Assembly: GCA_963826215.1 (NCBI GenBank)
Contig: CAWGWL010000037.1
Span: 27,921 to 91,920, forward strand
Length of the DNA stretch: 64,000 nt
Reading direction: 5' to 3'
Source of the DNA: an uncultured Chloroflexia bacterium
Lineage (GTDB): Bacteria; Chloroflexota; Anaerolineae; Anaerolineales; Villigracilaceae
Below are positions 46,334 to 57,338 of the stretch, in pieces (position 1 is the first letter of the stretch; each line of letters opens with the position of its first letter). The notes under the pieces were generated by a model, which did not search any database, had not been told where the DNA came from, and saw only the letters and a list, made by a program, of their open reading frames with translations. A program made the position numbers and the translations under genes.

Positions 46334-47743
46334 TGCAAAAAGCAAATTTCGGATTTATCGGGCTGGGGGTCATGGGGCACATGCTGGCGCTAAACATGGA
46401 GCGGCACGGGTTCCGCGTGGCAGGTTATGACCTGGATGAAGAAAAAGTTAAAGCCTTCAAAACGTTATCCACAGGCAAGAACCTGCTCGCCTGCAGCACC
46501 TTGAAAGAGTTTACGGCTGCGCTGGAGACCCCACGCCGAATCATGATGATGGTCCCCGCTGGAAAACCAGTCGATGCTGTCATCGCCACCATGAGCGACG
46601 TTCTTGAACAAGGTGACCTCCTTATCGATGGTGGAAACACCCACTTCATGGATACCGAGCGACGGTCAAAGGAATTGGAAGCCAAGGGCATCGTTTATAT
46701 CGGTACTGGTGTCAGCGGAGGTGAGTATGGTGCTTTATGGGGACCGGCAATCATGCCTGGCGGTCAACTCGAAGCCTGGGAATTGGTTAAACCAATTTTT
46801 GAGACCATCTGTGCGCGGGTGGAAAACGAGCCATGCGTAGCTTATATGGGGCCACGCGGCGCCGGTCACTACGTAAAGATGGTGCACAACGGTATCGAAT
46901 ACAGCGACATGCAGATCATCGCCGAAACCTATGACATCTTGAAGCGCGGCCTGGGGCTGGATGCACCCCGGCTGCATGATGTTTTCAGAAAATGGAACGA
47001 CTGCGAACTTGAGTCGTATTTGATCGAGATTACAGCTGATATCTTTACCCGGACGGATGCTGAAACCGGCCGAGCCATCGTTGACCTGATCCTGGATGAA
47101 GCCCAGCAAAAGGGTACCGGTAAGTGGGCGTCGCAAAACGCACTGGACCTGGGCGCTCCCACCCCCACTATCAACGCGGCGGTTGAGAGCCGTATCGTTT
47201 CAGCATATTATGAAGAACGAATTTCCGCGTCCACCGTGTTGACAGGACCAGATCACTGCATTTCCATTGACCCTGAAATAATCATCGAATGGGCTAAGGG
47301 ATGCCTTGTACGCGGCAAAGATCTGTTCTTATGCACAGGGCTTCAACCTGATGCGCCTGGCGGATAATGAATATGGTTACAACCTCAATTTCAGCGAGAT
47401 CGCACGCATCTGGCGCGGGGGCTGCATCATCCGTGCCCGCTTTTTGAACGAAATCCAGCGGGCGTTTAAGTGCAACCCAGGGCTGACCAACCTAATGATG
47501 GATCCTGAATTTTCCAGAGCTTTAAACGACCGACAGGCTGCTTTGCGAAAGGTGGTAGCTCTGGCTGTCGAGTTCGGCATCCCTGTTCCGGCTTTAAGTT
47601 CGGCTCTGGCTTATTATGATTCTTACCGAAGCGAGCGACTGCCTGCCAATCTGACCCAGGCACAGCGCGATTATTTCGGCGCTCACACTTACCGGCGGAT
47701 CGACCGACCAGGCACATTCCACACGGAGTGGATGTCGGGTTAA
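46333..47743 (+). pseudogene. gnd: 6-phosphogluconate dehydrogenase (decarboxylating), frame broken once as assembled
   Basis: FIGLGVMGHMLALN NAD(P) fold, HNGIEYSDMQ, and GTGKWASQ in ORF 46333..47367. The sense continues [15 protein letters not shown]...[10 protein letters not shown] in ORF 47306..47743. One extra G in the GGG run 47298-47300. Confidence 0.9.
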
Positions 47744-47842
47744 ATATTGAGTGGGAGGAGTATCAATACCAGTAATAGGAAGATCCTGCACTCCAGAACC
47801 CACACAATATGATCTGCTTGCCAAATAATCAGGAGAAAAGTC

Positions 47843-48925
47843 ATGACAACCAACCTTAACATCCCACCCACTGGCACATTGGATTTTCTTTCGCTTGGAG
47901 CCCTGGTGCACCGCCTGGATCCCGGCGTGGTACCGTTCCGAAAAGCCATTGAGTGCCAGATCCATGTCAGCGGCGGGGAATTCAATTGCGCTGCCAACCT
48001 TTCGGACTGTTTCCGCTTGAAGACCGGTATTGCCACTGCCATGGTGGATTACCCCATCGGAGACCTAATTGCTGAACGCGTGCGGGCAATGGGCGTACGC
48101 CCGTTTTACAAGAAATTCAAGCACAACGGTGTTAACGGCCCCAATATGGCTACGGTCTACAGTGACAGCGGGTTCGGTGTGCGCGCCCCGGTAGTTTTTT
48201 ACAACCGGGCGAATGAAGCGGCATCCCAACTTAAGCCAGGCGACTTTGATTGGAACGCCATCTTTAGAGAAGGGGTGCGCTGGTTCCACAGTGGGGGGAT
48301 TTTCGCGGCTCTCTCCGAGACCACCGGTGAACTTATCATTGAAGGGATGAAGGCTGCGAAAGCAGCGGGGGCTGCGACTTCCTTCGATTTAAATTACCGC
48401 CCGAAGCTCTGGAACCTTTGGGGTGGGCAAGAGAAAGCTGCTCTTACGCTGGGTCGAATCGTCGAGAACGTTGACGTGCTGGTGGGCAACGAAGAAGACC
48501 TCCAGTTGGGTCTTAGCATCCCGGGTCCGGAAGCAGGCTCAAAGCCTGGACTTGACCCACATGCATTCTGCGACATGATCGTCGACGTTGTGGACAAATT
48601 CCCACAAATCAAAGTCGTAGCAACCACATTACGGGAGGTCCGCTCTAGCAACCACCATTCCTGGGGAGCAGTGGCATGGATCAATGGAAAGATTTACGTC
48701 TCTCCCAACTGTGATCTCGATGTTTTTGACCGGGTAGGTGGCGGGGATGGGTTCGCCTCCGGATTCTTTTTTGGCCTGCTGAGCGGAGAAACGGAACAGG
48801 AAGCCGTCAACCTGGGCTGGGCTCATGGGGCCCTGCTGACAACCTTTCCGGGCGACACCACCATGGCAACCGTGGAGCAGGTGCGGGCATTCGCCATGGG
48901 CAGTTCGGCACGAATCCAACGTTGA
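47843..48925 (+). CDS. PfkB-family sugar(acid) kinase, KdgK-like
   Basis: 360 aa with a C-terminal DRVGGGDGFASGF anion-hole motif. AGGAG upstream. Confidence 0.75.
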   Translation: MTTNLNIPPTGTLDFLSLGALVHRLDPGVVPFRKAIECQIHVSGGEFNCAANLSDCFRLKTGIATAMVDYPIGDLIAERVRAMGVRPFYKKFKHNGVNGPNMATVYSDSGFGVRAPVVFYNRANEAASQLKPGDFDWNAIFREGVRWFHSGGIFAALSETTGELIIEGMKAAKAAGAATSFDLNYRPKLWNLWGGQEKAALTLGRIVENVDVLVGNEEDLQLGLSIPGPEAGSKPGLDPHAFCDMIVDVVDKFPQIKVVATTLREVRSSNHHSWGAVAWINGKIYVSPNCDLDVFDRVGGGDGFASGFFFGLLSGETEQEAVNLGWAHGALLTTFPGDTTMATVEQVRAFAMGSSARIQR

Positions 48926-48990
48926 TCAATCCGTAAAGGAATATTCAAGGTGATTGATAGAAATCATACCTACTATTGTTCTTAAATATT

Positions 48991-49006
48991 ATGCACACGT
49001 GTGCAT
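48991..49006. promoter_or_regulatory. LacI-family operator candidate (perfect 16-bp palindrome ATGCACACGTGTGCAT)
   Basis: Same 14-bp core as 41525-41538. Lies 43 nt upstream of ATG 49049. Confidence 0.6.
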
Positions 49007-49048
49007 GTTCCATCTGCAGATCGTTCGGATTTTAAAAGGAGAATTATT

Positions 49049-50092
49049 ATGGAAATAATGAAGGCGTATGTGTTCAAGGATGTTGGCAAGCTTGTGTACG
49101 AGGAGAAACCCATCCCCCACGTAAAGAACCCCGATGATGTTTTATTGAAAGTCAAGGCCGTTGGAATTTGCGGCTCGGACTTGAAGATCATCGAAGGCAA
49201 GCACCATTTCAAGCCGGATACGGTGCTGGGGCACGAGTTCTGCGGCGAGGTGGTCGAAATAGGCTCGCATGTCCAGTATGTCAAGATCGGAGACCGGGTG
49301 GCAATAGACAACAATATCCGCTGCGGATTCTGCTCGTTCTGCCGGATGGGATTGAGCAGCCAATGCGTTGAGATCAAGACAAGCGCACTTGGCGTAATGA
49401 GGGATGGTGGATATGCCGAGTACTGCCTGGTGCCCGAGAAGCAGTGTTTCATTCTACCAGAAGGCATTGACGATATCCTGGGCACTCAGGTTGAAACCCT
49501 GGCGACAGTGGTAAATGGCATGAACACTCTGTTGATGCTGCCGTACGATTACGTGCTGATCCTGGGCTTCGGCCCGATCGGCTACCTGTTCGCGCAATTT
49601 GCCAAAAACATCGCCGTCAAGGTGGCCGTCACCGAAATCGATCCGTTCCGGATCCGCGTAGCAAAAGAATGCGGGCTGACTGTCTGGAATCCAAATGAGG
49701 AAGATGTGGTTCAAAAAATCACCGATTTCACCTACGGGCGAAAAGCGGACATAGTAATCGAAGCCACGGGGAATGCAATAGAACAGGCACTCCAATGCGT
49801 TTCCCCCGGCGGAAAGGTATTACCTTTCGGGATGGACTCGTCCATCACAGCAAGTATCATACCGAACGACGTCACCCGTTGGGCTACCAAAATCCTGGGC
49901 TTATACCTTGGGCAAAACACCATGGTACCTTCGATCCGCCTGTTCCAGGAAAAGCGTCTCAATATGGAACCGTTCTTTACCAAGGTTATCCCATTTGACG
50001 AAGGCCTAGGCGCATTTGATCTTTTAGGTCTGGACATGAAGACACTCAAGCATCACCCCAAGAGCGCGATGAAGATCGTGATGAAAATGTAA
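49049..50092 (+). CDS. Zinc-dependent medium-chain dehydrogenase (sorbitol/threonine-DH-like)
   Basis: GICGSDL, GHEFCGEV, structural-zinc Cys cluster CGFCSFC...C, and GFGPIG Rossmann motif. AAGGAG upstream of ATG 49049. Confidence 0.85.
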   Translation: MEIMKAYVFKDVGKLVYEEKPIPHVKNPDDVLLKVKAVGICGSDLKIIEGKHHFKPDTVLGHEFCGEVVEIGSHVQYVKIGDRVAIDNNIRCGFCSFCRMGLSSQCVEIKTSALGVMRDGGYAEYCLVPEKQCFILPEGIDDILGTQVETLATVVNGMNTLLMLPYDYVLILGFGPIGYLFAQFAKNIAVKVAVTEIDPFRIRVAKECGLTVWNPNEEDVVQKITDFTYGRKADIVIEATGNAIEQALQCVSPGGKVLPFGMDSSITASIIPNDVTRWATKILGLYLGQNTMVPSIRLFQEKRLNMEPFFTKVIPFDEGLGAFDLLGLDMKTLKHHPKSAMKIVMKM

Positions 50093-50145
50093 CCCTGTCC
50101 CACTCCCATCAGTCATTCCCGAATGGTTAATATGATAGGAGACCG

Positions 50146-50979
50146 ATGAAACTAGCTTTCCATGGTGCAACGACGATGACGAGCAACCTCGAAACCGATG
50201 TCGCGGTCAGCGCGCACGCGGGATTCAAAGCGCTCGAAGTGTGGGCCGCTAAAATCGATTTTTATCTTGCAACTCACTCGCTGACCGACCTCAGTTCGTT
50301 GTTTGTGAATCAAGACGTTATGCCTATCACGCTCAATTCGATTGAGTTCATTGCATTTCGAGGAAGCAAGTACGCAGAAATACAAGGGCGTCTTCATGAA
50401 TTGGGCAAGATTGCGCAAGCTGTTGGCTGCCCAACCATTGTTGTGGTACCAAGCCCCTTGCCGGACCGCAATCTGCCGTGGGCTGAGGTAATCGCTGAGT
50501 ATGTCAAGGTGTTGCGTGACTTGAGCGATATTGCATGCCAGTACAACATCAAACTGTCTTTTGAATTCCTTGGCTTTGGATGGTGCAGCGTGCGCACGCC
50601 GCGAGCTGCATTCGAGATCATCCAAAACGTGGATCGTGACAATATCGGCCTGACGATCGACGCAGCTCATCTTTACGGTGGCGGGGGCCTGATCAGTGAA
50701 CTTGATCAATTGGATCCAGAGCGCATCTTTGCATTTCATCTGAATGACCTTGAAGATACAGCCAAGGAAGCCATCCTCGACAGCACACGACTCCTGCCCG
50801 GTCATGGAGTGGTGCCACTCGACGACATCTGCGCGCGGCTAAAACGCATCGGGTACAGCGGGCCATGCTCAATCGAACTTTTCCGACCCGAGTATTGGGA
50901 TTGGGATCCCCAGGAATTGGCAATCAAGACCCACCAGGCAGCGCTAAGGGTCCTGTCACCGTATTTTCAACTCGATTAA
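50146..50979 (+). CDS. Xylose-isomerase-like TIM-barrel sugar(-phosphate) isomerase/epimerase
   Basis: 277 aa. ...LSFEFLG..., IDAAHLY, FHLNDL, GHGVVPL pattern. Confidence 0.8.
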   Translation: MKLAFHGATTMTSNLETDVAVSAHAGFKALEVWAAKIDFYLATHSLTDLSSLFVNQDVMPITLNSIEFIAFRGSKYAEIQGRLHELGKIAQAVGCPTIVVVPSPLPDRNLPWAEVIAEYVKVLRDLSDIACQYNIKLSFEFLGFGWCSVRTPRAAFEIIQNVDRDNIGLTIDAAHLYGGGGLISELDQLDPERIFAFHLNDLEDTAKEAILDSTRLLPGHGVVPLDDICARLKRIGYSGPCSIELFRPEYWDWDPQELAIKTHQAALRVLSPYFQLD

Positions 50980-51019
50980 AGCTGGAAATAAAATTTCTTA
51001 CCAAGGGAGAGAAGTTGAA

Positions 51020-52034
51020 ATGACAAAAAAAGTAAAAATCGCGGTAATTGGCACGGGACGCATGGGCAGCGTTCATGTACGCAACATTGCCCGGCAGATA
51101 CCCGAAGCGGAACTGGTCGCGGTTTGCGACATCCGCTTGGAAGTGGCTCAAGCCGTGGCGGATGAATGCGGTATCAAGCGCGTGGTCAAGGATTACCACG
51201 AACTGCTGGTCTGACAGGGAAATCGAAGCCATCCTGATCGCCACCAGCACAGACACACACGCCTTCATCATGAAAGATGTGGCTGAAACGGGCAAGCATA
51301 TCTTCTGCGAGAAACCTCTGGCTCTTGATTTGGACATGATCGATGAGGTGCTGGTCGCGGTAAAAAAGGCCGGGGTCAAACTCCAAGTCGGATTTAATCG
51401 CCGCTTTGATAAAAGCTATCAGCGGGTCCACGAGATCGTATCTTCGGGCGAGATTGGGCGTCCGTGCATCCTGCGCATCACCAACCGTGACCCCGATTTT
51501 CCTGCCATGGAATTTCTGCGTGTATCAGGCGGAATTTTTTTGGATTTAGCCATCCATGATTTTGACATGGTGCGTTTCCAGGTGGGCGAAGTTGATGAAA
51601 TCTACGCCACAGGCAGCGTGTTGGTTGAGCCAAAGTTAAAAGAATTCGGCGATATCGACACGGATGTGGTCAGCCTCAAGTTCGTCAATGGTGCAGTCGG
51701 TGCAATCGACAACAGTCGCAAAGCAGTTTATGGGTATGACCAGCGTCTGGAAGTATTCTGTTCGAACGGCACAGCAATGGCAAATAACGAATCTGAGACC
51801 GTTGCCGTGAAAGGTAACCAGGATGGTTTCCTCTCAGCGAAACCACCATACTTCTTCATGCAGCGCTATGCTCCCTGTTATGTTGAAGAGGTTCGCCAGT
51901 TTGTAGAATGTGTCCGTGATGATAAACCAACTCCAACAACCGGCGCGGATGGACGTGCTGCTGTTGTACTTGGTTACGCTGCCTGGAAGTCGCTGCGCGA
52001 GAATCGCCCGGTGAAGATCAGTGAGATTGGATAA
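51020..52034 (+). pseudogene. Gfo/Idh/MocA-family oxidoreductase (IolG/inositol-2-dehydrogenase-like), frame broken once as assembled
   Basis: KIAVIGTGRMG Rossmann start in ORF 51020..51214, ending ...DYHELLV-TGA. The sense continues DREIEAILIATSTDTHA...IFCEKPLA...GFNRRFD in ORF 51048..52034. One extra base at GTC-T-GAC (51209-51215). Confidence 0.85.
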
Positions 52035-53382
52035 ACAAGATTTTGGAAGGTTGATGCCAAAAACCGTGAATAGCTGCGTGCATAAACCCTCTGAAACAGA
52101 ATACCTTAACTGCATCCGCTGCGGGTTGTGTCTGGCTGTCTGCCCGACCTACCGTGAATTTCTCAGCGAGACTGCTTCACCGCGCGGGCGGGTGGCATTG
52201 GCGCGTAAGGGGGTGGAGGGAGAATTGCAGCTCAGCCAAAACCTTGCAGAACAGATGTATGCCTGCTTTGATTGCCTGGCTTGCAACGACATCTGCCCGG
52301 TGGGCATCCATCCCGCCGACCTGGCTCTGGAAATGAGGACCCTGCAAGAGCAGTTGCGACCTGCCCAATGGAAGAAAACACTGTTTGGAGGGATTGTCCA
52401 ATATCCCAGGACGGTTGGAGGCTGTAACCTGGCCACTGCGCGTTTACCAGTTGCTGGGGATTCGCCGGGTGGTTAGCACCCTTGGGTTGCGCAATCTCCT
52501 GCCCAGTAAACTGCGTGATATGGAAGCCATGCTGCCACACCAACCACAGCGACCACTCCGAGTGATCATTCCGGAGGTTGTCAGAGCTACTGGCGAGGAA
52601 CGTTACCGGGTTGGATTCTTCCTGGGCTGCGCCCAGAGCCTGATGTTTGCTGGTCAAAGCGCAGCGAGCGTGCGCGTCCTGGCTCGCAACGGCTGCACCG
52701 TAATCACACCAAAAAATACCGTGTGTTGCGGGATGCCTGCCCTCGGTTATGGGCGACCCGACCTGGTCCAGCAACAGGCGCGCGTCAATATCGCAGCCTT
52801 CGAAAAAGCAGGCGTCGAGACCATCGTTACGGATTGTGCCACCTGTGGGTCCACCCTGAAGGACTACGGGAATTTTCTATCCGATGACCCCGCCTGGGCG
52901 AAGCGGGCTGCCGCGTTCAGTACGAAGGTCCAGGATGTGAGCGAATTTCTGCTGTCGATCCGCCTGCAAAAACCGAGGGGCGGATCGAGGCGCGTGTCAC
53001 TTACCACGACCCGTGTCACCTGCGCCGCGGTCAAAAGGTCTGGGAACAGCCGCGAGCAATCCTAAAAATGATCAACGGTCTCGAATTTGTCGAACTCCCA
53101 GAAGCGGACTGGTGCTGCGGCTCGGCGGGCAGTCAGCTGATCACTCATTACAAAACATCGGTCAATGTGTTGGAGCGCAAGGCAACAAATATTGGCACTA
53201 CGCAGGCCAAGTTTGTTGCCTCAGGCTGTCCTGGATGCCAGATGCAATTGATTGTCGGCGTGAAGCGACAAGAACTTGATGTGCATGTGGTTCACCCGAT
53301 CGGATTATTGGACCGGGCATATCGAACAAATGGCAAGTCCCGAGTAAGCCGACCCTGGCACGAGAGAACTGACCATTATTGA
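52021..53382 (+). pseudogene. GlcF-like Fe-S oxidoreductase (2x 4Fe-4S + CCG domains), frame broken twice as assembled
   Basis: CIRCGLCLAVCP and CFDCLACNDICP. CCG-type motifs CCGMPA, CATCG, HDPCHLRRG, CCGSAG and CPGCQMQL are spread over ORFs 52021..52476, 52385..53065 and 53068..53382. Shifts at ~52387-52396 and at the GGGG run 52977-52980. Confidence 0.8.
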
Positions 53383-53422
53383 CGCTAAATTATGTAGTTT
53401 CTACTAGTGATAAGAAGGAATA

Positions 53423-54806
53423 ATGTTGGAAAAGACAATCATCACGCAACTCGAAAAGATGATCGGGAAAGAGAATGTACTCTCCACACCTGAGGACCTG
53501 GCAGTTTATGGATATGATGGCACCTTCGAAGACCATCGCCCGGAAATGGTCGTATTGCCGACCACGACCGAGCAGGTCAGCCAGGTAGTGCGCATTGTCA
53601 TCCCGCCACTGCATCCCGCTGGTGACCCGTGGTATGGGCTCAGGCCTGGCAGCGGCATCGGTCCCCTTCCAGGGAGGGATCGTCCTGTGCCTGACGCGCA
53701 TGAACCGCATCCTGGAGATCGACCAGGCAAATGCCATTGTCCATGCAGAGGCCGGGGTGGTCACTGCGGACCTGCAAACTGCAGTAGAAAAACTCGGGTT
53801 CTTCTATCCTCCCGACCCCTCAAGCATTCGCCACTCAACGATCGGCGGGAATATTGCCTGCAACGCCGGAGGCCCGCGCTGCCTCAAATACGGCGTGACC
53901 GGTGATTACGTGTTAGGTCTGACTGTTGTCCTGGCAGATGGGAGCCTGCTGCACACAGGAGGTAAAGTCATCAAAGACGTGGTCGGCTACGACCTGACAG
54001 CCTTGTTCACTGGCTCAGAAGGGACATTGGGCGTGATCACCGCCGCCCTGCTGCGACTGATCGCCAGACCGAAGTTCGCAAGAGCAGCTTTGGTCGAGTT
54101 TGAAAGGTTGGAGGACGCTTCCCGAACGGTCAGCGCAATCCTTTCAGCCGGCATCGTCCCAGCAGCCATGGAACTAATGGACGAAACGGCCATTGCCTGT
54201 GTTGAGGAAGCGTTACACCTGGACCTCCCTCTGGATGTGGAGGCAATCCTGCTGGTGGAAACAGACGGAGGGGACGAGGCCTCCGTTTTACGCGAAATCG
54301 AAGCCGCGGCAAAGATCTGCACAGAGACAGGGGCGCGAAAGGTGAAAGTTGCCAGAGACGAGAGTGAGCGCGCCAATTTGTGGCAAGCCCGCAGGTCTGT
54401 TTCACCAGCGCTGGCGCGCAAGGCGCCCAACAAGTTGGGAGAGGATATCACTGTGCCGCGCAGTGCCATCCCTGAAGCTGTCCGACGCTTAAAGGTTATC
54501 AGCGCCAAATATGGACTGCCGATCGTCATCTTTGGCCACGCCGGTGACGGCAACCTGCACCCGAATATCCTGTTCGATAAACGCGATCCATCCCAGTGGA
54601 AAAAAGTGGGGCAGATGGCTGCAGAAGAGTTCTCAATGGCCCTGGAACTCGGCGGAACGCTCTCAGGAGAGCACGGCGTAGGGGCATTGAAACGACCTTA
54701 TATGCAGCAGGCGCTTGGGGTGGTCTCGCTCGATATCCAACAACGGATCAAGTACGCATTGGACCCCTCCAATATTCTCAACCCCGGTAAAGTGTTCCCG
54801 GATTAA
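53423..54806 (+). pseudogene. GlcD-like FAD-linked oxidase (glycolate/D-2-hydroxyacid dehydrogenase family), frame broken once as assembled
   Basis: The N-terminal 60 aa in ORF 53423..53905 are sensible up to ...EQVSQVVRI. The sense continues RHCIPLVTRGMGSGLAAASVP... in ORF 53595..54806 (FAD_binding_4 plus C-terminal domain, SGEHGVGALK). Shift near the CCC run 53602-53604. Confidence 0.85.
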
Positions 54807-54835
54807 TCCATATCTTTTCCAAGGAGTAAAAACAA

Positions 54836-55960
54836 ATGTCAAACCAAATCGCACCAAAAGGCTTTCTTTCCACCAACCAGCCTGACCTATTCTTCGAAGA
54901 TAACCCCGTGGGGCGGATGAAGAAAGAAGTATGGGAAGCCAGCGACACGCAGATCGATGCAATGCTTGCCGACTACGGTGTCCCATCACCAGTCGAGTGG
55001 GCAAAGCCGGGCTCATATATTCAGACAACAACCCGCTGGCAAGTGGAACAGAACCGAAAGAAGAATGATGTTGTTTTCATCCCGGTAGGCTGCACCGAGC
55101 TGCACGGACAACACTTGCCGAGCGCAGCAGATACCTTGTATGTAAGCGCCATTTGCGAAGGTGTGCGTCGCTTCACCGCAAAACGCGGCGCGCCAGTCAA
55201 CCTTGCGCTCCCGCCACTGAATTACGGCGGTCATCCATACCACCACATGGGCATGCCCGGTACAGTCATCGTTCGCGAACACGTTGTACGTGAAATGATG
55301 ATCGACGTGATGCTCGGCTTGTGGAACGACGGATTCCGCAAGCAATTGATCGTAAACAACCATGGGCACCTGTGGATGCTTGAGTCAGCCGTGCAGGAGT
55401 TCATGAAACGCTACCAGTTGCCGGGGATTTTCCGCGTCATCGACTGGCACCGCGGTGTGCGCGAGTTTTTCCGTCCGGTCGAACGGGGTGGACAGATGAC
55501 CACCAACTTCGTGCATGCCGACGAATCCGAGACCTCCCTCAGCCTGCTTTTGCATCCTGAAATGGTCGACATGAATTATGCAGTGAACACAGAGGGAAAA
55601 AATTACCTGCCAGAGGGTCACTTCGATAAATCCGTGGATCCATTCGGCCGCCCAAGCCGATGGTCGGAAGGAGAGGGTCACTTCGCAATCGAGATCTCCG
55701 CCACACCTGAGGGAGTGGTCGGCAAAGCCAAATCAGGTACAGCACAGAAAGGCAAGCGCCCGATGGCTGCCATCCTTAAATACCTGACCTTGTGGCACGA
55801 CGATGTGCTCGAAGCGTTCCCGGCGGGGAAGGTCCCACCAGTGGAGGAAGTCACCCTGCGCACAGCCAAGGAAATGGAGCCATACCTGCGCGAACCACTC
55901 AGCGAGGGTTGGAAACCGGTCTACAGCCTGCCACGCATCGGTCAGGGCACGGAAGTGTAA
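54836..55960 (+). CDS. Creatininase-superfamily metal-dependent hydrolase (IolN-like candidate)
   Basis: GCTELHGQHLPSAADT, VNNHGH and VHADESETS motifs. AAGGAG upstream. Confidence 0.7.
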   Translation: MSNQIAPKGFLSTNQPDLFFEDNPVGRMKKEVWEASDTQIDAMLADYGVPSPVEWAKPGSYIQTTTRWQVEQNRKKNDVVFIPVGCTELHGQHLPSAADTLYVSAICEGVRRFTAKRGAPVNLALPPLNYGGHPYHHMGMPGTVIVREHVVREMMIDVMLGLWNDGFRKQLIVNNHGHLWMLESAVQEFMKRYQLPGIFRVIDWHRGVREFFRPVERGGQMTTNFVHADESETSLSLLLHPEMVDMNYAVNTEGKNYLPEGHFDKSVDPFGRPSRWSEGEGHFAIEISATPEGVVGKAKSGTAQKGKRPMAAILKYLTLWHDDVLEAFPAGKVPPVEEVTLRTAKEMEPYLREPLSEGWKPVYSLPRIGQGTEV

Positions 55961-56075
55961 GGAAATTACCCAAACAAGGCAAACGTAGATCATCGAGTAG
56001 ATAACATCTTATGGAATTTCCCATTCCTGTACCTTTGTACCCTTTGAGTCTAGTTCTTATGTGAAGGAGAGAAGC

Positions 56076-57272
56076 ATGAAAGGCAAAATGCAAGGCGTGA
56101 CGTTGGTCGCCGACTGGAGCCCCAAGCCTGGTTTCAAACTCGGTTCGAAAGATATCGAAGGACGGCAAACTTACCTGGGCAGCCAGGTTTGGCGCAACCC
56201 CCGGTTGGAGATCCGCGAATACGATATCCCGGAACCTGGACCTGAAGAAGTGCTGATGGAAGTCAAAGCCTGCGGCATCTGCGGATCGGATGTCCACATG
56301 GCCCAGGCTGACAAGGAAGGCTATATTTACTATCCAGGTCTTACGGGCTTCCCGTCCATCCTGGGTCATGAGTTCTCGGGAGTGGTGATCGAAGCTGGCA
56401 AGAATGCTCGCGACAAACGCACAAATAAATCATTTAAAGGTGGCGAAGCTGTCACTACAGAAGAGATGCTGTGGTGCGGGCAGTGCAAACCCTGTGCGGA
56501 TGGTCAACCCAACCATTGTGAACAATTAAACGAGGTCGGTTTTAATGTTAACGGAGCGTACACCAAATACATTGTCCTGCCATCTCGAACGCTGTGGAGC
56601 TTGGAGCCACTGCGCAAAAACTACAGGGAGGAAGATATCTTTATCGCTGGCAGCCTAGTCGAGCCCACCTGTGTTGCTTATAATGCAGCAATCGAGCGCG
56701 GCGGCGGAATTCGCCCAGGGGACCGTGCTGTAATCCTGGGTGGAGGGCCGGTAGGGATCGCAGCGTGCGCCATCCTTAAGCGTGCAGGCGCTTCACAGGT
56801 AATCATCTCAGAAACTCAGCAGGAACGGGCCAACATGGCCTTGAAGTTAGGAGCAGATTATCACATCAACCCATCCAAGGAAGATTTTGCTGAGCGCGTG
56901 CTCGAGATCACCGGCGGCATGGGTGCTGATATGTTCATGGAAGCGACCGGTCTGCCTGCGGTTGTCTATCCTGGCATCGAGAAAGTCATTTGGGAAGGTC
57001 GCACATTACTAAGCACGGTCGTCGTCACCGCCCGTGCTGAAGCGAAAATGCCCGTAACCGGCGAAGTACTCCAGGTGCGAAAGGCGCGCATAGTAGGTGC
57101 ACAGGGTCACTCGGGGCATGGAAATTTCCCGCGGGTCATCGAGTGCATGGCAACCGGAATGAATATGACCCCCATGAGCACCAAAAAGATCAAACTGGAA
57201 AAACTAGCCGAAAATATCATCAAACTGCAGACCGACCGGTCCGAGTGCAAGATCACCTACGTGGCAGGATAA
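56076..57272 (+). CDS. Zinc-dependent medium-chain dehydrogenase, ~398-aa long form (IolM-like candidate)
   Basis: CGICGSDVH, GHEFSGVV, CGQCKPC...C and GGGPVG. ~50-aa N-terminal extension. AGGAG upstream of ATG 56076. Confidence 0.8.
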   Translation: MKGKMQGVTLVADWSPKPGFKLGSKDIEGRQTYLGSQVWRNPRLEIREYDIPEPGPEEVLMEVKACGICGSDVHMAQADKEGYIYYPGLTGFPSILGHEFSGVVIEAGKNARDKRTNKSFKGGEAVTTEEMLWCGQCKPCADGQPNHCEQLNEVGFNVNGAYTKYIVLPSRTLWSLEPLRKNYREEDIFIAGSLVEPTCVAYNAAIERGGGIRPGDRAVILGGGPVGIAACAILKRAGASQVIISETQQERANMALKLGADYHINPSKEDFAERVLEITGGMGADMFMEATGLPAVVYPGIEKVIWEGRTLLSTVVVTARAEAKMPVTGEVLQVRKARIVGAQGHSGHGNFPRVIECMATGMNMTPMSTKKIKLEKLAENIIKLQTDRSECKITYVAG

Positions 57273-57283
57273 AATCAATCCAT

Positions 57284-57324
57284 CCGTGGACGATGGATTG
57301 CTGTTGGCAAACCATCGTCCACGG
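57284..57324 (+). other. 13-bp perfect inverted repeat (intercistronic hairpin)
   Basis: CCGTGGACGATGG (57284-57296) and CCATCGTCCACGG (57312-57324). The 5' flank CAATCCATCCGTG resembles the one at 58189-58201. Confidence 0.5.
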
Positions 57325-57338
57325 TAAATAGCTGAAAT

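Noticed and set aside
50152-50805. 217-aa minus-strand ORF antisense to the TIM-barrel gene. Similar antisense ORFs are at 53987..54553, 44154..44636 and 27736..28278.
   Set aside because: All lie opposite genes with strong family signatures, lack ribosome-binding sites and give compositionally odd proteins. I treat them as non-coding shadows.
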